A stretch of DNA of 64,000 bases, taken from positions 32,001 to 96,000 of the IMG/VR virus record IMGVR_UViG_3300026522_000024. One strand, given 5' to 3'. The translations under genes were made by a program, and so were the position numbers. The DNA comes from a virus (taxonomy: Duplodnaviria; Caudoviricetes). This document shows, piece after piece, positions 41,978 to 51,253 of the stretch. Under the pieces are notes generated by a model. That model ran no database searches, was not told the origin of the DNA, and saw only the letters and a list, made by a program, of their open reading frames with translations. Positions within the stretch are counted from its first letter, which is position 1; each line of letters opens with the position of its first letter.

Positions 41978-42629
41978 AATAGAAAGGAAGATATGAAAGT
42001 ATTTTCCTTTACTTTGGTGCATTGGTTCATCGTGATGGATTCGTCTGGAAAATGGTACGTACCAGAGTGGGCAGTCATTGCATTACATAAGGAGCAGCTG
42101 AAGTATAAGGACGCAGGAGAGTTGTACTGCTATCTTCCAGACGGCAGAAGTGTTCATGTACAGACTGGAGATTACATTGCTAGAAACCGTAAAGGCACAA
42201 TCTTCCCTATTCCTAAGTATGTAGCAGATAACATGTATATACCACAGATGAAGGAGGAATAGACATGACAGAGCGAGAACTGAATGAAAAGGTAATAGAC
42301 ATTGTAAGCTGTAGTGTATTCGACCCAAATAAGATGAGTCAGAAACTCAGGGAACTGTATCAGGAGGTAGCAGCTGAACTGTCCATGCGTGCCCTGAAGG
42401 AGTTTTCAGAGCACTTGGAAAATGACGGCAACAAGGTCATTGATGAGGCAATCCGTACTCTAAAGCATGGATACAAAGAGGAAAACAAAACAAATGGATT
42501 TATAGATAGACTCAGGAACTCCATCATTATGTATGTACTGAGCGATAAGACATTTATAGAGCCATTGAAGGCTACCATACTGATTAAATTACACGGAGAA
42601 CTAGAGAAACTCATAAAGGAGAAGTTGTA

Positions 42630-43103
42630 ATGGATTATAAAGAAGTAAAGATGAACCTGTTCAGTATCAATAAGACTGCTGATACTCCATACTGCCTGGC
42701 TCACTGTATATCTGCTGACTTTGCTATGGCTGGTGGGATAGCAGTAGACTTTGTTAACAGGTGGAATATGAGGAATAGACTGAGAGCCCAATATGGAAAT
42801 CAAGTAGACGGATTTGAGAGGTGTCGTGGGAAGGTGCTTCCAGTAGAGGTTAAGGACTACGGAAAAGACATTGTAGTGTACAACCTACTCACTAAAAAGT
42901 ATGTATACCAGAAGCCTGAATATGCCAATATTTCAGCAGTCCTAAAGCTCATGCGTGAAGACATGATAAGCAGAGGAATTACCAGAGTAGCAATGCCTAA
43001 GATTGGTTGTGGTATAGACTGCCTGTTATGGCGCAATGTAAGTGAGATAGTGAAGTATGTATTCAGCCAGACGGACATTGAGGTACGAGTGTGTTACCTG
43101 TAA
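42630..43103 (+). CDS. Macro domain protein (TARG1/DarG/Poa1p-like ADP-ribosyl hydrolase)
   Basis: LAHCISADFAMAGGIA, YNLLTK, AMPKIGCGID. Confidence 0.88.
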   Translation: MDYKEVKMNLFSINKTADTPYCLAHCISADFAMAGGIAVDFVNRWNMRNRLRAQYGNQVDGFERCRGKVLPVEVKDYGKDIVVYNLLTKKYVYQKPEYANISAVLKLMREDMISRGITRVAMPKIGCGIDCLLWRNVSEIVKYVFSQTDIEVRVCYL

Positions 43104-43213
43104 TAACTGAAGTAAATACAGAAATAGATTATGGGAGCAGCCAATTTGCTCCCATATTTCAATATTATAAGTTATTGAGTCATATAACTATACCATTACA
43201 GGAGGCATAAAAC

Positions 43214-43900
43214 ATGAATACCTTTGAGAAAGTCAATACCAATATTAGTGTACTTGGTAAAGAACTTGTAGAGTGGATAAAGGCTCCAAAAGACACCAAA
43301 ACTGAACAGGAGTTTGAAATCACCAATAAGCTGTATCATAAGTACATGATAGACCATGATGGTAAACCCAAGAACAAAATCTATCCTGATGTGTGGTACT
43401 TCATCAATTACAACAACCAGTTTAATCCTAATGTGTATTTGGCTTATATTGTTCGGGATAAGCTGAAGTCACCTAGGAAGATACCAGAGCATCTTGCTGG
43501 TATGACGATTGTTGGGACTAATGAATCATACAAGGGTAGTCTTATATGTGAGTGGGCTTACTACCAGAACGGCAGCAGTGAGAATCCATACTACATTGAG
43601 GGTTGCGACATCGCCACTAAGTATCTGGAGAGCAAGTACCCACTGAAGAAGGATGTATTCTACTATGTAGTCAATACTTCCAAAGGAATACGCATTTTCC
43701 GTGATGAAAACAAGTCACCAAGGCGTCAATACACCCCAGAGGAAGTAACAGAGCAACCATCTGAGACAACACCTACTCAGCCAGCTGAAGCAGAGAAGGT
43801 TGAGCAGGAGAATGCTGTAGATAAGGCTCAGGAACAACCTACAGAAGATACTGCTAACCAGACAGTTGAACAGCCAGAGCAGGAAACTGCTTCAGAATAA
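43214..43900 (+). CDS. Hypothetical protein with internal duplication and acidic tail
   Basis: IYPDVWYF...KSPRK and LKKDVFYY...KSPRR repeats. Confidence 0.7.
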   Translation: MNTFEKVNTNISVLGKELVEWIKAPKDTKTEQEFEITNKLYHKYMIDHDGKPKNKIYPDVWYFINYNNQFNPNVYLAYIVRDKLKSPRKIPEHLAGMTIVGTNESYKGSLICEWAYYQNGSSENPYYIEGCDIATKYLESKYPLKKDVFYYVVNTSKGIRIFRDENKSPRRQYTPEEVTEQPSETTPTQPAEAEKVEQENAVDKAQEQPTEDTANQTVEQPEQETASE

Positions 43901-44108
43901 TAACACCACAGAAGGGAATGAAATTATACTTGTAAATTGAGGGGTGCTATACACTTAGCACTCCTTGTTTATTGTAAGGAGGTAACTGCTATGGTAGAAG
44001 TAGAAAAGACACAGGAACAAGTACAGCAGCAGCCTAAAGAGGAAACCTTGAAGAAAGTGTTAGAGGTAGAGCAATTGGACGATGTCATGAAAGATTGGGC
44101 AAAGGAAG

Positions 44109-44507
44109 GTGAGTAACATGCCTTCTCCATTGGTATCTTCAGTATCTTCCCAAATGAAGAAGTATACAAGCTCAACACAAGTAGTAACTCCAGAGGAAAT
44201 CAAGAAGAATAAGCGTGGTATGCTAGATGTAGTAAATAGTGCTTTAGAACAGTTTAAGTCTAATCTGGAAAGTGGTAAGATAGACTTGGATTCATCTTTA
44301 GACTTAGACAGGTTAGTAAAACTCAATCTGCTGCTGTCTGGTGAAGCTAATTCTATAAGTGGTAGCCCAGCCAGTCAGGTTGAGCAGGTAGAGACCACTG
44401 AGCTGTCTAACACTTCTAGCATACTAGACGAGAATGACCCAACTGTTAAGGAACTCTGGAAAAAGTTGTATGATGGGTACAACCAGAAGAATGATATTCA
44501 AGAATAA
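44109..44507 (+). CDS. Hypothetical protein (possible terminase small-subunit-like)
   Basis: Helical LDLDRLVKLNLLLSGEA; functional assignment is weak. Confidence 0.4.
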   Translation: MSNMPSPLVSSVSSQMKKYTSSTQVVTPEEIKKNKRGMLDVVNSALEQFKSNLESGKIDLDSSLDLDRLVKLNLLLSGEANSISGSPASQVEQVETTELSNTSSILDENDPTVKELWKKLYDGYNQKNDIQE

Positions 44508-44523
44508 GTAAGGAGGAATTACA

Positions 44524-45126
44524 GTGAAAGGTGTAGACGTAAGCGTATGGAATGATGACGTGGACTGGCAACTGTTGAAAGAGCACGGAATTGAGTTTGC
44601 TATTGTTCGCTGTTCCTACGGACTGAACTATGCAGATGAGAATTTTCTCCAGAATGTAAATGGTGCTCATGAAGTGGGCATGCGAGTAGGGGCATATCAC
44701 TACAGTACTGCTCTTACACCAAGCCAAGCAGCACAAGAAGCAGTAATGGTGAAGAAACTCATTGAGAACGCAGGAGTACTGCTTGAAATGCCAGTGTTTT
44801 TTGATATGGAAGATGCTGACGGATACAAAGCAAAGCACTCTTTTGACTTCAGTCGTAGAAACATCACTAACATATGCCGTGCTTGGTTAGACTATATAAA
44901 ACCATTGAACTCTGGTATATACGCCAGCTACTCTTGGTTGGAAGATTACATTGACTGGAGAGCACTTGGATGTCCTGTATGGAATGCACAGTGGAGTAAG
45001 TATGATGACCTCCAGGGGTATCTGTGGCAGTTCACAGATTCACTGGTAATAGGTGGAAAGACTTTTGATGGAAACATCATGTACGATGATAAGCACAAGG
45101 CTGGACTGAACCCTTGGGAAGCATAA
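44524..45126 (+). CDS. GH25 muramidase (endolysin), catalytic domain only
   Basis: GVDVSVWN, VGAYHY, FFDME (DxE), WQFT, FDGN. Confidence 0.9.
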   Translation: MKGVDVSVWNDDVDWQLLKEHGIEFAIVRCSYGLNYADENFLQNVNGAHEVGMRVGAYHYSTALTPSQAAQEAVMVKKLIENAGVLLEMPVFFDMEDADGYKAKHSFDFSRRNITNICRAWLDYIKPLNSGIYASYSWLEDYIDWRALGCPVWNAQWSKYDDLQGYLWQFTDSLVIGGKTFDGNIMYDDKHKAGLNPWEA

Positions 45127-45237
45127 TAACCTGTTCGGAGGATTACAACATGAACTGGAATACCACAACTTCTAGCCAAAGAAAATACACTAAAGAGGGC
45201 ATACTGCTGCCCTCTTTTGTTATGTAAGGAGTAAAAC

Positions 45238-45702
45238 ATGAATAAGATACCATTTAATCAACTCACTACGTGTCTGCTGCCAGATAGTATGATTACATTT
45301 ACAGAGTTTACCTTAGATAGACACGAGAAAAAGCGGATGACCCTGCAGATAAAAGATGCCATAGTACATGAAATAATACCGAGTAATCAGAAACTTAGCA
45401 GAGAAGAACTGGAACTATACTATGGAGAAGGATTGGAAGATATTGATTACCTTCAGCTATCCTCTATGAACTGCCTGAGAATTGTTTTGAGAGTAGGCAT
45501 AAACGAATTGGAGCAACCTGTATTTAAGGTTATTTCAATTAGTAGGGATTTTTATGATGAAGGGCTTCAGGAGTTAGAGATTATGGGTGCTGAGATTAAG
45601 ACTGAGCCAAATTACTTCCTTAGTATGGCTCAATTTGCCACGGAGCCAGTCACCGTAACCCAGCTTGAACAACCTATCAGAGTACCGATTATCACTCACT
45701 AA
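45238..45702 (+). CDS. Hypothetical protein
   Basis: RBS AAGGAG; C-terminal RVPII. Confidence 0.7.
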   Translation: MNKIPFNQLTTCLLPDSMITFTEFTLDRHEKKRMTLQIKDAIVHEIIPSNQKLSREELELYYGEGLEDIDYLQLSSMNCLRIVLRVGINELEQPVFKVISISRDFYDEGLQELEIMGAEIKTEPNYFLSMAQFATEPVTVTQLEQPIRVPIITH

Positions 45703-45716
45703 GAAGGGAGAAAAAC

Positions 45717-46760
45717 ATGGAAAAGCGAGTATACATCTTTCATCACACAGACCTAGACGGCATTGGAGTAAAAATTTTGGGTATTCTCTATGCTCAACAG
45801 CAGGGATTGCCTTATAAGAGCATTAGCTGTGGGTACAGCACAGTTAACGGTAACGTGATGAATATGATAAATGAAGCTAAAGACGTGGCTGAGGTTATCA
45901 TTGGGGACATATCAGTAGATGAAGAAACTGCTGCTAAGCTGAATAAGTGGATGCGTAAGACAGGAGTACCTGTTAGACTGAGAGACCATCATGAGACTGC
46001 TCATGCTCTTAACAGGTATGCTTGGGCAATCGTACACGAGTGCGATGAATACAAGGTTGATAGGTGTGGTACTTGGATGCTTTCTCAGGATGAGGACTTC
46101 CAAGAGATTACTGCTAGGAATAAGGTACTGATTGAGGCAATTGATGCTTGGGATACTTGGAAGTGGAAACGTGCAAATAATTTACATGCTAAGAATCTCA
46201 ATGCTCTGCTGTCTATTATAGGAGAGGCAGATTTCACGGAATACTGCATTAGCCTAGACGGAAAACTGAAAGAACCATCAGACCTGTTCGATACAGAGAA
46301 GTCTGCTATGATTAAGGCTTTTAGGCTGTTCATAAAGAAGCAGCTGGACAGCTATGACAAGTATATGTACACCATGAACTTGTGGGTACTGAATAGGAGT
46401 CATAGCAAGAAGCAGATAAAACTAAAGACTGGTGTAATTTTCTGTAATGCTAATCTGTCTGAGATTGGTGATGGCATGTTAGATAGGCATCCAGAGTTAG
46501 ACCTGCTCATGATGATTTCCTTCCCAGGCAGCATCAGCTGGAGAACACAAAAGCAGTTAGACATTCCTCTAGGGAAAATTGCTAAGATGGCTACTGGTAA
46601 TGGCGGAGGTCACCCCATGGCAGCAGGCAGTACTGTGAGTTTTAATCAGTTTAAGGACAGCCTAATCAGGTTTATGGATAAGAACTTTGCTGCTAAAATG
46701 GATTATTCTGACCTGTTAAGTCCATACGAAATCAAAAAACTGAAGGAATCTAAAGAGTAA
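45717..46760 (+). CDS. DHH/DHHA1 phosphoesterase
   Basis: HTDLDG, GDIS, DHH, GGGHPMAAG. Confidence 0.9.
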   Translation: MEKRVYIFHHTDLDGIGVKILGILYAQQQGLPYKSISCGYSTVNGNVMNMINEAKDVAEVIIGDISVDEETAAKLNKWMRKTGVPVRLRDHHETAHALNRYAWAIVHECDEYKVDRCGTWMLSQDEDFQEITARNKVLIEAIDAWDTWKWKRANNLHAKNLNALLSIIGEADFTEYCISLDGKLKEPSDLFDTEKSAMIKAFRLFIKKQLDSYDKYMYTMNLWVLNRSHSKKQIKLKTGVIFCNANLSEIGDGMLDRHPELDLLMMISFPGSISWRTQKQLDIPLGKIAKMATGNGGGHPMAAGSTVSFNQFKDSLIRFMDKNFAAKMDYSDLLSPYEIKKLKESKE

Positions 46761-46994
46761 TTTGTATGAATCCATGACAAAATACAATGAGGTGAGCTCA
46801 ATTGAAGCTGAAAAGCAATCAAAAGAACATGAGCTATACCAAAAACTGTTGTAAAACATGTAGGCATATCATTCTACGTAAGGGTAAGGTGTCTTTCTGC
46901 ATGGAGAGAGGCATCTATCTCAACCCAAAGAGTACTTGTGGGGAATACAATAACGTAAATGATGTGCCTACTGTTACATAAAGGAGAAAGAACC

Positions 46995-47531
46995 ATGATT
47001 ATAACAATTACTGGACCAAGCGGTAGTGGTAAAACAACACTAGTTAGGCAGTTGAAGATGAGAATGAACACTTCACCAGGATTCAGGATTGACGATATAG
47101 TCAGTACTACTACTAGACCTAAAAGAAGACAGGAAATTGATGGAATGGACTACTACTTTAGGGATGAAAAATACGTAGAAACCCATGATTTCATAGAGTT
47201 AGTGAAGTTTAATGGGTATTATTACGGCATAGAAAAGAAGGAAGTACTCAGTAAAATGTCTAAGAATGACAGAGTACTGGCTGTAGTAGACCAGCACGGC
47301 ATGAAGGCACTCAAAGCAGCAGGATTAAGAACAGTATCAAGCGTATATTTATCTGTACCTCCAGAGACAGCTTTAATAAGGCTTATACGTAGGGATGGAG
47401 CAGACAGTGCTGTGGCTAGATATATGTATGATAAGTCTCATGGGTTGTATAATTCAGAGGGATATGACCACATTGTTGCTAATAACCATATGGAGAGGGC
47501 ATTAGCAGAAATGGCACGTATAATACTATGA
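46995..47531 (+). CDS. Guanylate-kinase-like dNMP kinase
   Basis: GPSGSGKT, STTTRPKR..EIDGMDYYF, GYYYG. Confidence 0.88.
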   Translation: MIITITGPSGSGKTTLVRQLKMRMNTSPGFRIDDIVSTTTRPKRRQEIDGMDYYFRDEKYVETHDFIELVKFNGYYYGIEKKEVLSKMSKNDRVLAVVDQHGMKALKAAGLRTVSSVYLSVPPETALIRLIRRDGADSAVARYMYDKSHGLYNSEGYDHIVANNHMERALAEMARIIL

Positions 47532-47554
47532 TGAAAAATACTACAATAAACATG

Positions 47555-47588
47555 AATTCCTCTTTATTTATTGGGATAAGGAGGGATT
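47555..47588 (+). promoter_or_regulatory. RBS-sequestering hairpin upstream of the GATase-AADT genes
   Basis: AATTCCTCTTTATTT-ATTG-GGATAAGGAGGGATT. Confidence 0.75.
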
Positions 47589-47592
47589 AACT

Positions 47593-48252
47593 ATGTGTGG
47601 AATCATTGGATTTATTAGTGATAAAGTAACAGAAAATCAGATGCACTGCCTAAAAACTGTAATGATTGAGAGCCGTATTCGTGGTATGCATGCCTCTGGA
47701 GTTGTGTATTACATAAACAATAAAAAGAAAAGCATGGTGATTCCAGAGCCCATAGATGTATTAGTGAAAAAGCTAGACTGGACATCCATGATAGGTTGTA
47801 AAGTGTCACTGATAGCTCATGCTAGATATAGCACCAGCGACATTAAGTACAATCAACCTATTATAGACAAAGATACTGGCATTGCCATAGTACATAACGG
47901 AGTGGTGTCTCAGTCACCACCAGAGCAGTGGGAGCAGCAATTTGGGTATAAGACTCAGACTAAGAATGACAGTGAACTGTTGTTGAGGTGTATAATAGAT
48001 GGCAAAGACCCATTAAAGGTATTTCCTGAATCTAGCATTGCTGCCTTGGTGCTGAATAAAGACCATTCCATAAGAGTTATCCGAAATGGATTGAGACCTC
48101 TGTGGACTGGAGAGGTAGAAGGTGCTAGAGTGTACGCCAGTACATTCGACATTCTCAGTAGAGCGAATATAGAGCCTCACAAGGTAGATTGCTCAGGAGT
48201 AGAGAAGCAGGTGTATTCTAACCACAATATAAGGACTCCAATTTTGATTTGA
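47593..48252 (+). CDS. Class II (Ntn) glutamine amidotransferase
   Basis: MCGIIG N-terminal Cys, RGMHASG, HARYST, NQP, HNG, DSE, RPL. Confidence 0.9.
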   Translation: MCGIIGFISDKVTENQMHCLKTVMIESRIRGMHASGVVYYINNKKKSMVIPEPIDVLVKKLDWTSMIGCKVSLIAHARYSTSDIKYNQPIIDKDTGIAIVHNGVVSQSPPEQWEQQFGYKTQTKNDSELLLRCIIDGKDPLKVFPESSIAALVLNKDHSIRVIRNGLRPLWTGEVEGARVYASTFDILSRANIEPHKVDCSGVEKQVYSNHNIRTPILI

Positions 48253-48263
48253 GGTGAAAACAC

Positions 48264-49229
48264 ATGGAAACAACAAGGGACAGGGTTTCACTGTTCATTG
48301 ATTTTTGTAGAAATAGCATCTATGCTCACGATGTAGACCCAGCAATCAACTACATGAACTATATAATCAGACGAATGGAATTGAATGAAGAGCAGGTCAT
48401 ATGGTTGTGCTTTCTATATGGTATAACGTATCAGCTGCCTACTGCTTGGGTTATTTGGAACGAAATGCCAGACCTAGAACTGGTAAATAAGGAAAGACTA
48501 ACGAAGTGGTTAACACCTGAAGTGCTCCATAGACTTCCATTCCAACAGGACAAAATAAAGTGTAGACCTAAGATGGCTGAGACGATACTCTCATATCAGT
48601 CCATAGTGGGTAAGTCTCAGGCAGAATACTTTGATAATCTGTTAGACAGTGATGACCCTCATGAGAATTTCTGGAGAATGTGGTCACCATTGAAGTCTAT
48701 ATACTGCTTTGGTAGGTTTTCCACATGGAATTTTTGTCAGGCTTTGAAGCATGTAGCAGGATATAATGTAGAGCCTACCATACTTATGATTGGTGAACCA
48801 GATAGTGTTTCCTTTACTGATGGGTTGGCTTATGCTTTCAATCAGGATGACAAGCTAACTAAGAAGGAAACCATAGGCAAGAAGAAGGTAAAGGTGTACT
48901 ACAAGTGGAGTGACCAAGAGAAAGATGACATGGAGCGTTCAGCACTCATACTGAAGAAGTCACTGAACCTAGATAACTTCCAGTTGGAGACATTGGCGTG
49001 TGCTTTCAAGAAGATATGGAGAACAGCAGACAGCAGGTACGTAGGATACTATAATGATAGAGCAGCAGACGACATCAAGAAAACTGCTTCTATGGGATGG
49101 AACGGAATAGACTGGAAACTGCTCTGGGATGCTAGACAAGCTACAATTCCACAGGAGTATATTCATGATAACAAGGGAGTCAATACCATGAACTTCAAGC
49201 TGGAACCATATCAGAAGGTATACACATAA
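48264..49229 (+). CDS. Amino-acid:DNA transferase (aGPT-Pplase2/AADT family)
   Basis: DVDP...WLCFLYG, FGRFSTW, LETLACAFKK, RYVGYYNDR motifs. Confidence 0.8.
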   Translation: METTRDRVSLFIDFCRNSIYAHDVDPAINYMNYIIRRMELNEEQVIWLCFLYGITYQLPTAWVIWNEMPDLELVNKERLTKWLTPEVLHRLPFQQDKIKCRPKMAETILSYQSIVGKSQAEYFDNLLDSDDPHENFWRMWSPLKSIYCFGRFSTWNFCQALKHVAGYNVEPTILMIGEPDSVSFTDGLAYAFNQDDKLTKKETIGKKKVKVYYKWSDQEKDDMERSALILKKSLNLDNFQLETLACAFKKIWRTADSRYVGYYNDRAADDIKKTASMGWNGIDWKLLWDARQATIPQEYIHDNKGVNTMNFKLEPYQKVYT

Positions 49230-49241
49230 GAGGTGTTATAA

Positions 49242-50909
49242 ATGAGCATTGAGCGTGTGCCCATAATCACTAGAATTAACACATCTGAAATAGAGGAACA
49301 GATGTGTAATAAATTCGCTGACCTATGGGCATTAAAATACAAGACAATTAAGGGCAAGCCTACTACATTTATTAGTAGTAATCCATTCAAGCATAGACCG
49401 TGGCAGTCAGCTATACTTAGGGATACTCACCCAAATAAAGTCATAGAGAAGTCAAGGCAGCTTGGTATGTCTGAAGTAGGACTATCAGAGGTTTTACACT
49501 TCCTTACTACTAAGGAAAATGTAAAGGCTATGTACATATTTCCTAGGAATCAACAGATGGTAGACTTTTCCAAGTCCAGAATAAAGCCAGTGTTACAAAC
49601 TCCATACTTTTTGGACAAAGTAGATAAAACTATGGACAGTGTCACTACCAAAAAGATATTGGATAATTGGTTATTCATGCGTTCTGGCTGGGAAGGTGCT
49701 ACTGGTGAGGGTGTTGATACTGATTTCTTAGCTATAGATGAGTATGACCGCATGAAGGATGGAGTGGAATTATCCTTCCAAGAAGGATTATCAGCCAGCA
49801 AGTACGGATACATGCGTAGGTGGAGTACTCCTTCCATTCCAGGTAGAGGTGTAAACGGTGCTATAAGTAAGTCTGACCAGATGAAGTATATTTGGACTTG
49901 TGAACACTGTGGTACTAAACAATTCCTTACGTTTGATGATAATCTCATTCAGGTCAATCCTAATGGTGTAAACTCTGCTACTCAGGAGATAGCTGATGGC
50001 ACTTTCATTATAGGATGTAAGAAGTGTAAAAAACCTATCAATAGAATGGGAATAGGAGAATGGGTGCCAATGTACCCATCTATTCATGAGGTTAGAGGGT
50101 ATCATATCAGCCAGCTTGATGCTGCTTGGATAAGTGCTGATAACATCATGAGACGTAGATTCAGCTACTCATCGAAGCAGTTGTTCTACAATTACGTTAT
50201 AGGAGAGCCATTTGCTTCAGAAGGAATCAAGATAACAGAAGCTGATATCAAGGCATCCATCCGCTTGGGACGTGAGCAAGTGGCTAGGACTTCAGCATAT
50301 GCTGCCATAGTAGCAGGTATAGACTGGGGTGACGTCAGCTACATGTGTATCCTAGGAGTAAAGAGCAACGGCGTAGTAGACTTGCTCAATCTTCATAGCG
50401 TACATGATGACAGTAAAGTACCTCTGAAAGCAGTTGCATACTTCTGTGCCATTCTTAGGTCATACCAACCTAACATAGTGGTAGCAGATGCTGGGTACGG
50501 TGCTGATAAAAATAGCTATGGGTATACACAATTCCCTGCTGCTTGGTATTCCTGCTACTGGACTACAAATAAAGACGCACACAGCAAAACCAGATTCATT
50601 GACCAATGGAATGAATCTTCCAGAGAGGTAACTGTAGATAAGACCTTATCTATACAGAGAGTGCTTCACTCTATAAAGGGGCATCTTATAGGGCTGTTCC
50701 CGTGGTGTGAGAAGATTGCTATGTTTACTCAGCACCTCAAAAATACGGTTATCATGGATGAAGAAAGTGATGGACTAGTATATAGCAGGGCAACTAGAGT
50801 TGGTCCAGACCACTACTGCTGTGCTTTAGCATATGGACTTATAGGTGTAAACAAGCTGACTAATTACAATATTAATGTCAATAACTCCACATCTGTAGAG
50901 TTTATCTAA
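49242..50909 (+). CDS. Terminase large subunit
   Basis: KSRQLGMSE, IDEYD, STP, CEHC/CKKC Zn site, GYHISQL, GIDWG, PDHY. Confidence 0.92.
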   Translation: MSIERVPIITRINTSEIEEQMCNKFADLWALKYKTIKGKPTTFISSNPFKHRPWQSAILRDTHPNKVIEKSRQLGMSEVGLSEVLHFLTTKENVKAMYIFPRNQQMVDFSKSRIKPVLQTPYFLDKVDKTMDSVTTKKILDNWLFMRSGWEGATGEGVDTDFLAIDEYDRMKDGVELSFQEGLSASKYGYMRRWSTPSIPGRGVNGAISKSDQMKYIWTCEHCGTKQFLTFDDNLIQVNPNGVNSATQEIADGTFIIGCKKCKKPINRMGIGEWVPMYPSIHEVRGYHISQLDAAWISADNIMRRRFSYSSKQLFYNYVIGEPFASEGIKITEADIKASIRLGREQVARTSAYAAIVAGIDWGDVSYMCILGVKSNGVVDLLNLHSVHDDSKVPLKAVAYFCAILRSYQPNIVVADAGYGADKNSYGYTQFPAAWYSCYWTTNKDAHSKTRFIDQWNESSREVTVDKTLSIQRVLHSIKGHLIGLFPWCEKIAMFTQHLKNTVIMDEESDGLVYSRATRVGPDHYCCALAYGLIGVNKLTNYNINVNNSTSVEFI

Positions 50910-50924
50910 CGTAGGAGAGATAAA

Positions 50925-51158
50925 ATGCTGTATGGAGACCAGATTTATTTTTCTTTATTCACAATAGACTTGTTCATTCTCATTGTTTCCCTGTGGATAA
51001 TCAATAGGATTGAATCCAAAATATGGACTAACGACATACAGCTGCAGCACCTGCTAGAGTTAGTAGGAATTCTGAAGCTCATAATGTACAGTTCACTGAT
51101 AGTTACTATACTCATTATCCTTGTGAAATGTTTTCTAAAAATTTTTTACAAAATATGA
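50925..51158 (+). CDS. Small two-TM membrane protein
   Basis: Two hydrophobic segments; RBS AGGAG. Confidence 0.6.
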   Translation: MLYGDQIYFSLFTIDLFILIVSLWIINRIESKIWTNDIQLQHLLELVGILKLIMYSSLIVTILIILVKCFLKIFYKI

Positions 51159-51167
51159 TTTGCCCAC

Positions 51168-51196
51168 TTTATTTTTGTTATGAAATAAGTTATAAT
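51168..51196 (+). promoter_or_regulatory. sigmaA-type (early) promoter
   Basis: TTTATT-17 bp-TATAAT; shares ATGARATAAGTTATAATTAG with the promoter at 7533. Confidence 0.75.
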
Positions 51197-51253
51197 TAGG
51201 TTGAGGGGAAACCTCACACAAAAATCCTCATAGTTGAAAAAGGAGAGAGGACA

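Noticed and set aside
49242-50909. Intein or intron in terminase, RecA or helicase
   Set aside because: Lengths and motif spacing are normal; no C...HN intein ends seen
50925-51158. Holin assignment
   Set aside because: Two TM segments but ~6 kb from the lysin and no family motif; left as a membrane protein
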